This document shows positions 16,104 to 25,442 of a stretch of DNA of 25,442 nucleotides, piece by piece. The stretch is from Acidimicrobiales bacterium (GTDB lineage Bacteria; Actinomycetota; Acidimicrobiia; Acidimicrobiales; JAUJNH01). The stretch covers positions 1 through 25,442 of the forward strand of contig JBKJUI010000450.1 in assembly GCA_046590775.1 (NCBI GenBank). The letters are read 5' to 3'. Within the stretch, counting starts at the first letter, position 1; each line of letters begins with the position of its first letter. A model generated the notes under the pieces. It searched no databases. It saw only the letters and a program-made list of their open reading frames with translations, and was not told the origin of the DNA. Position numbers and translations under genes: made by a program.

Positions 16104-18896
16104 GTGGCGGGGGTGACCAACCGGGACGATGAGGAGCGGGCGGCGCCCGAGCGGAGCTCGTTCAAGGCGTTCATCTCCTACAGCCATGCCGTGGACGGGA
16201 AGCTGGCACCCCGCCTCCAGCGGGCGTTGCACGGATTCGCCAAGCCCTGGTACCGCCTGCGGGCCATCCGGGTCTTCCGTGACGAGACCAACCTTGCCGC
16301 CAACCCTGGATTGTGGTCTTCGATCGCCCAGGCGTTGGACGCATCGGAGTTCTTCATCCTGCTGAGCTCTCCCGCCGCGGCGCAGTCAGAATGGGTGGAG
16401 CGGGAGGTGGCGCACTGGACCCAGCACAGGACCGTTGAGACCCTGCTGGTCGTGCTGACCCAGGGCGAGATCGACTGGGACGACGAGGCGGGCGACTTCA
16501 ACTGGACCAGGACCACTGCCCTGCCCGTCGCACTGCGGGGCACCTTCACCGAGGAGCCTCGCTTCATCGACCTTCGTTGGACGAACGGGGAGCTGGACCT
16601 GTCGCTGGCCAACCCCCGCTTCCGGGACGCCGTGGCCGACCTGGCGGCAACCCTGCACCGGCGACCGAAGGACGAGATCGTCGGCGACGACGTTCGTGAG
16701 CACCGCCGCAGGCTTCGCCTGGCCAGGGCGGCCGTGGCGGTCGTCACGTCCTTGGCGCTGGTAGCCGGCGCCTTGGCGACGGTCGCCTTCGATCAGCGCA
16801 ACGCAGCGCGGCGCCAACGTGACGCTGCCGAATCACGGCGGCTGGCCGGGCAGGCCGTGACCGACTTGGGCTCCCGGCTCGACCGGTCCCTCCTCCTGGC
16901 CGTCGAGGCCGTCAACCGGCGTGATACTCCCGAGGCTCGCGGCGCGCTCCTGGCTGGCCTCCAGCGCACGTCGCAGGTGCGCGCTTTCCTGTCCGTCGGG
17001 GCCACGGCCGTCAACGCGGTTGCCTTCAGCCCGGACGGCGCCTTGGTGGCATCGGCCGGCAAGGACGACGCGGTCACCCTCTCGGACACCCGGACGCACG
17101 CCCGGGTGGCCGAACCTCTCGTCGGCCACGAGGAGGACGTCACGGCCGTGGCGTTCAGCCCAGACGGGAGGAGCCTGGCCTCGGCCGGCGGCGACGGCAC
17201 CGTCAGGCTGTGGGACGTGGAGGCGCGGGCGCCGCGCCGCGGCCCGCTTCGAGGCCACCAGGAAGTGGTCACCAGCGTGGCCTTCACGCCCGACGGCCGG
17301 CTCCTGGCCTCGGGCAGCCTGGACCGCAGCATCCGCCTGTGGGACGTGGCGACGGGCGAGGCGGTCGGCGAGCTCAACGGCCACACCGACACCGTCCGCA
17401 GCGTCGCAGTGAGCCCCGACGGCTCCACGCTGGCGTCGGCTGGCGTCGACGGGACGATCCGGCTGTGGGACATCGCCACGAGGCAGGCACGGGGGTCGCC
17501 TCTCGTCGGCCATGCAGGCGCCGTCACCAGTGTGGCGTTCAGCCGCGACGGTGCCCTCCTAGCCTCCGGCGGCGCCGACAAGGCCGTGATCCTCTGGGAC
17601 GTCGCCGCTGGTCGTCCTGACGGTGAGCCGTTGGTCTCGCACACCGAAGCCGTTCGCACGGTGGCCTTCTCACCCGACGGTGCGACGCTGGCATCGGCTG
17701 GCGACCGGTCGATCGTGGTGTGGGACGTGGCCAGCCGCTCCCGCCGAGGACGGCCACTCAGCGGCCATCAGCAGGCGGTGACGGGGGTCGCGTTCAGCCC
17801 GGGCGGCGACCTGCTGGCCTCCGGAAGCGACGACAGGACCGTGATCCTGTGGAACGTCGGCCGGGAGCAGAACCTCGCTCGGCGGCTGCCGGGTCATGAG
17901 GGACCGGCCCGCACGCTCGCCTTCAGCCCGGACGCCGAGCTCCTGGCATCGGGCGGCGACGACGGCTCCGTCCTCCTGTGGGACGTGACGCGAGGAGAGC
18001 GACGCACTGACCCCCTCCGAGGCCATGCCGGCCCCGTCCGCAGCGTCGCCTTCAGCCCGGACGGGACGCTCCTGGCCTCGGGTGGAAGTGACGACGCCAT
18101 CCTCCTCTGGGATGTCTCGGAGCGAGCGCGTCTGGTCGGCCGGCTGCCCGTCGCCGCACCCGTCTACGGATTGACCTTTGATCCGAGTGGGAGAATACTG
18201 GCCTCAGGCGGAGAGGACGGCACCATCGTGTTGTGGGACGTGGAGGATCGGAAGGCGGAGGGCGCCGTGCTGTCCAAGCACGACGGGACCGTCCGTGGCG
18301 TGGCCTTCAGCCCAGACGGCAAAGCGCTGGTCTCGGCCGGTGACGATAAGACGGTCCGGGTCTGGGACGTCGCCCGGCGAGCGCCGGTGGGGGAACCACT
18401 CGAGGGTCACCTCGGACCGGTCCGGTCCGTCGCCTTCAGCGCCGACGGCCGGACGATCGCCTCGGGGAGCATCGACACCACGGTGATCCTCTGGGACGTC
18501 GGCACCCGCCGTCGGCTCGGTGAGGCACTGACGACCCACCGCACCTTCGTGACCTCCGTCGCCTTCAGCCCGGACGGCCAGCTGCTGGCGTCAGGCGGCT
18601 TCGACGAGGACGTGCGGCTGGCCACCGTGCTGTCACGGGAACGGGTGGCCACGCCCCTGGGCGAGGCCCTGAGCGGCCGCCAAGGACAGGTGACCAGCGT
18701 GGCGTTCGGCACCGACACGCGCCTGGCGTCGGCCGGCACGGACGGCACCATCCTCCTGTGGGACCTCAACCCCAGGTCGGGGGCGACGAAGGCGTGCGCC
18801 ATCGCCAATCGCACCTTGAGCCGCTCGGAGTGGAGCCAGTTCGTCGGGACCGGGACTCGCTTCCGCCCACGGTGCCGACCGGAGGTGGCGCCGTGA
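16104..18896 (+). CDS. TIR domain - transmembrane helix - 14x WD40 repeat protein
   Basis: TIR: AFISYSH, VFRDETNL, ALDASEFFILLSSP, SEWVEREV (catalytic-position Glu 16404-16406). Hydrophobic segment LARAAVAVVTSLALVAGALATVAF at about 16720-16790 after RRRLR. Then 14 WD40 units and the tail ACAIANRTLSRSEWSQF. Start is GTG 16104 or 16113. Confidence 0.92.
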   Translation: MAGVTNRDDEERAAPERSSFKAFISYSHAVDGKLAPRLQRALHGFAKPWYRLRAIRVFRDETNLAANPGLWSSIAQALDASEFFILLSSPAAAQSEWVEREVAHWTQHRTVETLLVVLTQGEIDWDDEAGDFNWTRTTALPVALRGTFTEEPRFIDLRWTNGELDLSLANPRFRDAVADLAATLHRRPKDEIVGDDVREHRRRLRLARAAVAVVTSLALVAGALATVAFDQRNAARRQRDAAESRRLAGQAVTDLGSRLDRSLLLAVEAVNRRDTPEARGALLAGLQRTSQVRAFLSVGATAVNAVAFSPDGALVASAGKDDAVTLSDTRTHARVAEPLVGHEEDVTAVAFSPDGRSLASAGGDGTVRLWDVEARAPRRGPLRGHQEVVTSVAFTPDGRLLASGSLDRSIRLWDVATGEAVGELNGHTDTVRSVAVSPDGSTLASAGVDGTIRLWDIATRQARGSPLVGHAGAVTSVAFSRDGALLASGGADKAVILWDVAAGRPDGEPLVSHTEAVRTVAFSPDGATLASAGDRSIVVWDVASRSRRGRPLSGHQQAVTGVAFSPGGDLLASGSDDRTVILWNVGREQNLARRLPGHEGPARTLAFSPDAELLASGGDDGSVLLWDVTRGERRTDPLRGHAGPVRSVAFSPDGTLLASGGSDDAILLWDVSERARLVGRLPVAAPVYGLTFDPSGRILASGGEDGTIVLWDVEDRKAEGAVLSKHDGTVRGVAFSPDGKALVSAGDDKTVRVWDVARRAPVGEPLEGHLGPVRSVAFSADGRTIASGSIDTTVILWDVGTRRRLGEALTTHRTFVTSVAFSPDGQLLASGGFDEDVRLATVLSRERVATPLGEALSGRQGQVTSVAFGTDTRLASAGTDGTILLWDLNPRSGATKACAIANRTLSRSEWSQFVGTGTRFRPRCRPEVAP
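17007..18764 (+). repeat. 14 coding WD40 repeats (probably two 7-bladed beta-propellers)
   Basis: Hand count of GH..V.SVAFSPDG..LASG..D..V.LWD units gives 14, each ~41-44 aa and degenerate at DNA level. Confidence 0.9.
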
Positions 18897-19585
18897 GGGG
18901 CCTGGCGAGGATCGTGGCCGGCGCGGCCGGCTGCGCCCTCCTCTGCCTGGGCCCCGCATCCCCGGCCGTGGCGGCCACGACGACCGTCAACATCCGGCAG
19001 GCGAACTACGAGCCACAGCTCGTGACGGTCTCCGTCGGGAGCACCGTCACCTGGTTGAACCTGGACAACGAGGCCCACACGGTGATCTCGGACGACGCCC
19101 TGTTCGACTCGAGCCCACGATGCCAGGACGAGGGCCGGGAACCGGGCAGCAGGGACTGCGGCGTGGCGCAGAACGCGAAGTTCTCCTACACCTTCACCCG
19201 AACCGGCACGTACCAGTACTTCTGCATGTTCGACGGGGCGTCGGCGGGCAATGGCATGTCGGGGAAGGTGAAGGTCATCCCGGCGTCGCCCACCACGCAG
19301 ACCTCGCCCACCACGCAGACCCCGCAGACGAGGACCCAGCCCACCCAGCCGGCGACCACGATCGTCGGCACAACGACAACGGATCAAGTCGTCGAGTCCA
19401 CCACGACCCAGCAAGCCGACACGTCCACCACGACGCCAGCTCCGTTGACCTTGCCCATCAGCTCGGACGAGGATCCGGAGGGTGGCGGATCGGCCCTACC
19501 CGTCGTGGCCGGTTTTGCCGTTGTGACCGGGGCTGCCCTTGCGGGAGCAGCCTGGTTCTGGCGGCGCCGGCGCCCCAGCGGCTAG
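18893..19585 (+). CDS. secreted cupredoxin/plastocyanin-like domain + Thr-rich stalk + C-terminal TM anchor
   Basis: Signal peptide-like ...PAVAA, then VTVSVGSTVTWLNLDNEAHTV...FSYTFTRTGTYQYFCMFD...GMSGKVKV, a T/P/Q-rich linker, a hydrophobic helix and a WRRRRP tail. GTG 18893 overlaps the TIR-WD40 stop (GTGA) with SD GGAGGT. Confidence 0.82.
   Translation: MRGLARIVAGAAGCALLCLGPASPAVAATTTVNIRQANYEPQLVTVSVGSTVTWLNLDNEAHTVISDDALFDSSPRCQDEGREPGSRDCGVAQNAKFSYTFTRTGTYQYFCMFDGASAGNGMSGKVKVIPASPTTQTSPTTQTPQTRTQPTQPATTIVGTTTTDQVVESTTTQQADTSTTTPAPLTLPISSDEDPEGGGSALPVVAGFAVVTGAALAGAAWFWRRRRPSG
19286..19321 (+). repeat. exact 18-nt tandem duplication (SPTTQT x2) in the Thr-rich stalk
   Basis: TCGCCCACCACGCAGACC at 19286-19303 and 19304-19321. 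Confidence 0.9.
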
Positions 19586-19769
19586 CAGCGGTCTGGGGGG
19601 CGGGAGGTCGCCGGTGCGGCGGCCGGCGAGGGGCCTCGATGGGTTCCTGCGCCTCGACGGCTTCTGAGACTCGGGGGTACCGGGCTCGACCGCCCGGCGC
19701 AGCACCGCCTTGGCCTCCTCACGATCGGGAGGGCGGTCGCGGCGCCCACCCCTAGCCTGACCCGGCGAC

Positions 19770-20699
19770 GTGGCCGACGACCTGCCGAGCCGGTACACCG
19801 AGCTCTCCGCCGAGGAGTGGGGCCGGCTGCGGGCCTCGACCCCGATGACGCTCGACGAGGCCGAGCTGGCCTCGTTGCGGGGCCAGCTGGACCCCCGCCT
19901 CGAGCTGTCCGAGGTGGAGGGCGTCTACCTTCCGCTGTCCCGCCTGCTCAACCTGCACGTCGTCGCCGCCCAGGGATTGGCGGCGGCCACCGACCGCTTC
20001 CTCGGTCGACCGGCGCGGAGGCCGCCATTCGTCATCGGGGTGGCCGGCAGCGTCGCCGTGGGCAAGTCGACCACGGCCCGCCTGCTGCAGGCCCTCCTCT
20101 CCCGCTGGCCGACCACGCCGACGGTCGACCTCGTCACCACCGACGGCTTCCTCCACCCGAACGCCGCGCTGGAGCGGCGGGGGCTGCTGGCCCGCAAGGG
20201 CTTCCCTGAGTCGTACGACGTCCGGCGCCTCCTGCGCTTCCTGGCCGACGTGAAGGCCGGGAAGGCCCAGGTCGCCGCCCCGGTGTACAGCCACGTGCTG
20301 TACGACATCGTCCCCGGGCGGACCCAGGTCGTCGCCGCGCCCGACATCGTGGTGGTCGAGGGTCTCAACGTGCTGTCGACCTCGGTGGCGGCCGAGGTCG
20401 TGGTCAGCGACTTCTTCGACTTCACGGTCTACGTCGACGCCGACGAGGCCGACATCGAGGCCTGGTACGTCGAGCGGTTCCTCGGGCTCTGCGCCACCGT
20501 GTTCCGGGACCCTGCGTCGTACTTCCACCGCTTCGCCGCCCTCGAGCCCGACGAGGCCGTCGCCACCGCACTCAGACTCTGGTCGTCGATCAACGCAGTG
20601 AACCTGCGGGAGAACATCCTTCCCACCCGCGAGCGGGCCCACCTCATCCTGGAGAAGGGCGCCGGCCACCGCGTCCGCCGGGTCCGCCTGCGCGTCTGA
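19770..20699 (+). CDS. coaA: type I pantothenate kinase
   Basis: [66 protein letters not shown] and [17 protein letters not shown]. Confidence 0.97.
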   Translation: MADDLPSRYTELSAEEWGRLRASTPMTLDEAELASLRGQLDPRLELSEVEGVYLPLSRLLNLHVVAAQGLAAATDRFLGRPARRPPFVIGVAGSVAVGKSTTARLLQALLSRWPTTPTVDLVTTDGFLHPNAALERRGLLARKGFPESYDVRRLLRFLADVKAGKAQVAAPVYSHVLYDIVPGRTQVVAAPDIVVVEGLNVLSTSVAAEVVVSDFFDFTVYVDADEADIEAWYVERFLGLCATVFRDPASYFHRFAALEPDEAVATALRLWSSINAVNLRENILPTRERAHLILEKGAGHRVRRVRLRV

Positions 20700-20785
20700 C
20701 CCCTCCCAGCCTTCCTTCCTCCGCGTCTGCCCGGAAAGGGATCTCCCAGGGACCAAAGCTGGGCAGACTCGATGGGGGGTCAGAC
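20694..20785. terminator. nested inverted repeats between convergent coaA and GGCT-like genes
   Basis: Outer GTCTGACCCC (20694-20703)/GGGGTCAGAC (20776-20785) and inner GTCTGCCC (20725-20732)/GGGCAGAC (20761-20768). Confidence 0.45.
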
Positions 20786-21685
20786 CGAGTGGCGGTCGAT
20801 GTAGGCCGCCGCCGCCTCGGGGCTCAGGCCGTGCGCCTCGGCCAGGCCGTCGGCGATGACGGCCCGGTAGGCCGGGCCCGGAGGGCTCAGGCCCAGGCCG
20901 GCGGCGGCCTCGTCGGTGAAGGTCACCATCGGCCAGCCCTGGTGGCGGCCGAGGGGCACGATGCAGCCGTACCAGTGGCCGGGACGGGCCACCACGCACA
21001 CCGCTTCGAGCGCCGGGACCTCCACCGACCCGACGGGGAGCCCGCACTCCTGGGCCAGCACGTCGGCGAACTGCTCCCAGGTCAGCAGCCAGGCCCGGGC
21101 GAGCGTCCTGGCGCCGGCTGTCGGGGCCGGGTCGAGGAAGGCGACCCCGCCACCCCCCCACCTCGACGACTCCCGGGCGAAGAGCAGGCGGTGCGGCACC
21201 TCCACGGCCGCCCAGCGCCATGGGGGGCTGGGGTCCCGGCAGCCCTCGAGGTAGCGGCCGAACCGGGCCGACGACAGGTTGGACCCGTAGCTCACGTACC
21301 AGGCGAAGGCACCGAGCCAGTCGCCGCCCGGGACCAGCCGCTGCCCGGAGGAGGCGACCGTGCCGGCGACGTAGGTCCACGCCTCCACCAGCTCACCGGC
21401 CTTCCCGTCCAACCGCCGCACGGTGCACCGCTCCCGCCGGTACAGGCCGCCGGCCACGTCCTCCAGCTCGTCCAGGTCGGCGAGCAGGCTCGGCTCCACG
21501 ACCGCCACCTCGCCGGCCACCGTGGACCCGGGCGCCGGCCGCACCCAGGGCCAGTCGCCCAGCCGCAGCTCGTAGCCCTCGAGGACGGCGGGTCGCATGG
21601 ACCGCCGGCCCAGCAGCCGCACGTTGTTGGCCTGCCCGGCCCGGAGGGTCCCGTAGGCGAACACCAGGTCGCCGGCTGCCGTCAC
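20780..21685 (-). CDS. protein with two tandem gamma-glutamylcyclotransferase (GGCT/AIG2-like) fold domains
   Basis: Domain 1: LVFAYGTLR...VAGEV...LADLDELE...LYRRE...AWTY. Domain 2: WYVSYGSNL...RLLFARESSRWGGGGVAFLD...PPGPAYRAVIADGLAE. GTG start at 21685. Confidence 0.78.
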   Translation of the reverse strand: MTAAGDLVFAYGTLRAGQANNVRLLGRRSMRPAVLEGYELRLGDWPWVRPAPGSTVAGEVAVVEPSLLADLDELEDVAGGLYRRERCTVRRLDGKAGELVEAWTYVAGTVASSGQRLVPGGDWLGAFAWYVSYGSNLSSARFGRYLEGCRDPSPPWRWAAVEVPHRLLFARESSRWGGGGVAFLDPAPTAGARTLARAWLLTWEQFADVLAQECGLPVGSVEVPALEAVCVVARPGHWYGCIVPLGRHQGWPMVTFTDEAAAGLGLSPPGPAYRAVIADGLAEAHGLSPEAAAAYIDRHSV

Positions 21686-21695
21686 GCCCCCTGTG

Positions 21696-21701
21696 TACCG
21701 T
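21696..21701 (+). promoter_or_regulatory. candidate -10 box (TACCGT) for the herA operon
   Basis: TANNNT 9 nt upstream of ATG 21711, inside a 25-bp divergent spacer. Confidence 0.4.
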
Positions 21702-21710
21702 GCCGAGGGG

Positions 21711-23383
<1,673 letters not shown>

Positions 23384-23387
<4 letters not shown>

Positions 23388-24526
23388 AGGTGCTGCACAC
23401 CTCCGACTGGCACGTCGGCCGCGCCATCCGGGGGAGGAGCCGGGCCGAGGAGCACACGGCCGTGCTGGCCGAGGTCGCCGGCATCGCCCGCCGGGAGGCC
23501 GTCGACGTCGTGCTGGTGACCGGGGACCTGTTCGACACCGCCTCGCCGAGCCCCGAGAGCGAGCGGCTGGTCTACCGGGCCCTGCTCGACCTCGAGGCCA
23601 GCGGCGCCACCGTGGTGGCCATCGCCGGCAACCACGACAACGAGCGCCGCCTGCAGGCGGTGGCCCCTCTCTTCGAGCGGGGTCGGGTGGTGGTGGGCGC
23701 CGTGCCCGCCAGGCCCGATGACGGTGGAGTGGTCCGACTCACGACCGCGGGCGGCGAGGACCTCGACATCGCCCTCGTCCCGTTCCTCTCCCAGCGCAAC
23801 GCCGTGCGGGCCGACCTGCTGATGGCCGGCACCGAGGCCGAGGCCGTGGCCGCCTACGACGACCGCTGCCGAAGGGTCATCGCCGCGCTGTGCTCCGCCA
23901 TGCGACCGGGCGTGGTGCGGATGGTGGCCGCTCACCTCTTCGTCCTCGGCGGGGTCAGCGGCACGAGCGAGCGGGTGGCCCACACCGCGCTCGGCTACGC
24001 CGTCAGCGCCCACGCCTTTCCCCCCGACCTCCACTACGTGGCTCTCGGCCACCTGCACCGGCCGCAGGCCGTCGGGCAGCCGACCGTGCGCTACGCCGGG
24101 TCGCCGCTGCAGCTCGACTTCGGCGAGGCGGGTGAGGCCAAGTCGGTGGCGCTGGTCGAGGTCGGGGCCGGGGTGCCTGCCAGGGTGACCGAGGTACCGC
24201 TCTCAGCGGGCCGGGCGCTGCGGGTCGTCTCCGGCACAGTGGCGGAGCTGGCTTCGGTGGCCGGCACCACGGGCGACGCCCACATCCGGGCCGTCGTGCG
24301 CGAACGGGCCCGCCCAGGCCTGGCCGATGAGGTGCGGGCCCTGTTCGAGCACGTGGTCGAGGTGGCGGTCGAGGCACCGGTCGACGCCGGCACGGTCCGC
24401 CGTGCCCGGCGCCCCGAGGGCCTCACGCCGGTCGAGCTGGTCACCGCCTACTGCGAGGCGAACAACCTCGAGACCGACGGTGTCGTCCCGCTCTTCGCCG
24501 AGCTGCATGAGGAGGCCACGGGCTGA
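23384..24526 (+). CDS. sbcD: SbcD/Mre11-family exonuclease subunit
   Basis: Metallophosphoesterase motifs HTSDWHVG, TGDLFD, AGNHD, AHL, YVALGHLH and YAGSPLQLDFGE. ATGA overlap with herA. Confidence 0.94.
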
Positions 24527-25442
24527 TGCGGCCCCAGCGGCTCGAGCTGGCCGGCTTCGGAGCCTTCCCCGAGCCCACCGTCGTCGACTTCGACGGTGTC
24601 GACCTCTTCGCCCTCGTCGGCCCCACCGGCGCAGGGAAGAGCACGGTGCTCGACGCCATCGCCTTCGCCCTCTACGGGTCGGTGGCCCGCTACGAGAACC
24701 CGGCGCTGGTGGCCCCGGCGATCCACGCCCGGCGGGGCGAGGCCAGGGTGCGGCTCGACTTCTCGGTGGCCGGCGTCACCTACAGCGCCGTGCGCGTGGT
24801 GAAGCGGACGCCGAAGGGGGCGACCACGCGCGACGCCCGGCTCGAGCGGGGCGAGGAGGTCCTGGCGTCCGACGCCAAGTCGGTGTCGCGGGAGGTCGAG
24901 CAGCTCCTGGGCCTCAGCTTCGACGACTTCACCAAGTGCGTGGTCCTGCCCCAGGGCGAGTTCGCGCGGTTCCTCCACGACAAGCCGGCCGTCCGCCAGG
25001 AGGTGCTCATCGGCCTGCTGGGCCTCAGCGTCTACGACCGGGTTCGCGGTCTCGCCGTCGTCCAGCAGCGGCAGGCCGACCACGAGGCCAGCGTCCTCGG
25101 CGCCAGGCTCGGCGACCTGGCCGCCGCCACCGACGAGGCGGTCGCCGCCGCCCGCCGACGGGTGGAGGTCCTGGCCGACCTGGCCGGCAGGGTGGCCGAG
25201 GCCGAGCCCGCCGTCGAGGCGGCAGTCGACGAGCAGCGTCGCCTCCTGGCCGCCGCCGACGAGGCCGAGGCCCGGGCCCGTCGTCTGGCCGCCGTGCAGG
25301 CGCCGGCGGCGGTGGCCGACGTGGCCGGGGCGCTGGCCGCGGCCAGGACCGACCAGGACGAAGCGGCGCGGGCCGAGGAGGCGACCACCCGCGCCCTCGA
25401 CGCCGCCCGCACCGCCCTGGCCGACGCCGGAGACCGGGCGGC
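24526..25442 (+). CDS. sbcC: SbcC/Rad50 SMC-family ATPase, 3' end truncated by the window edge
   Basis: Not in the ORF track. ATG 24526 (TGATG overlap, SD GAGGAGG): MRPQRLELAGFGAF...LFALVGPTGAGKSTVLDAIAFALYG...FTKCVVLPQGEFARFL, then Ala/Glu/Arg-rich coiled coil. Confidence 0.94.
   Translation, partial: MRPQRLELAGFGAFPEPTVVDFDGVDLFALVGPTGAGKSTVLDAIAFALYGSVARYENPALVAPAIHARRGEARVRLDFSVAGVTYSAVRVVKRTPKGATTRDARLERGEEVLASDAKSVSREVEQLLGLSFDDFTKCVVLPQGEFARFLHDKPAVRQEVLIGLLGLSVYDRVRGLAVVQQRQADHEASVLGARLGDLAAATDEAVAAARRRVEVLADLAGRVAEAEPAVEAAVDEQRRLLAAADEAEARARRLAAVQAPAAVADVAGALAAARTDQDEAARAEEATTRALDAARTALADAGDRA

Noticed and set aside
17007-18764. Regularly spaced repeats as a CRISPR array
   Set aside because: Repeats are degenerate, in frame and encode WD40 blades. 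There are no identical 23-50-nt repeats with unique spacers and no cas genes.
13696-18896. Calling the block Thoeris, CBASS or Avs
   Set aside because: No SIR2/Macro ThsA, no CD-NTase and no STAND NTPase is visible. It shares only individual domain types.
13500-19770. Prophage, integrative element or IS boundaries around the accessory block
   Set aside because: No integrase, intact transposase, tRNA target or flanking direct or terminal inverted repeats were found by eye.

Overview
High-GC, actinobacterial-looking window (an Acidimicrobiia-like origin is an inference from gene content and order). The left third is housekeeping and metabolism on the minus strand: aroH-tyrA-aroA-cmk-plsC-wecB, preceded by an aldehyde dehydrogenase, a class III aminotransferase and a PPOX/F420 protein that are divergent from an RpiR regulator across a 24-bp spacer holding two overlapping -10 boxes. 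Next come hemH, a lipoprotein, a thiolase and a GH29 alpha-L-fucosidase. Between the fucosidase and coaA (about 13.7-19.6 kb) lies an accessory block: a 4-TM tandem SLATT effector (-) divergent from a deoxyribohydrolase-like + TPR-S (ASK1/MAP3K TRAF-binding-like) protein, a TIR-TM-14xWD40 receptor-like protein with no STAND NTPase, and a translationally coupled membrane-anchored cupredoxin whose second His ligand position is Asp. This is the best candidate for an uncharacterised nucleotide-signalling or immune system. The right end holds coaA, a tandem GGCT-fold protein and a herA-sbcD-sbcC operon cut by the window edge. No tRNA, rRNA, CRISPR array, integrase or intact transposase was seen. 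Family assignments come from motif recognition only, with no database search.
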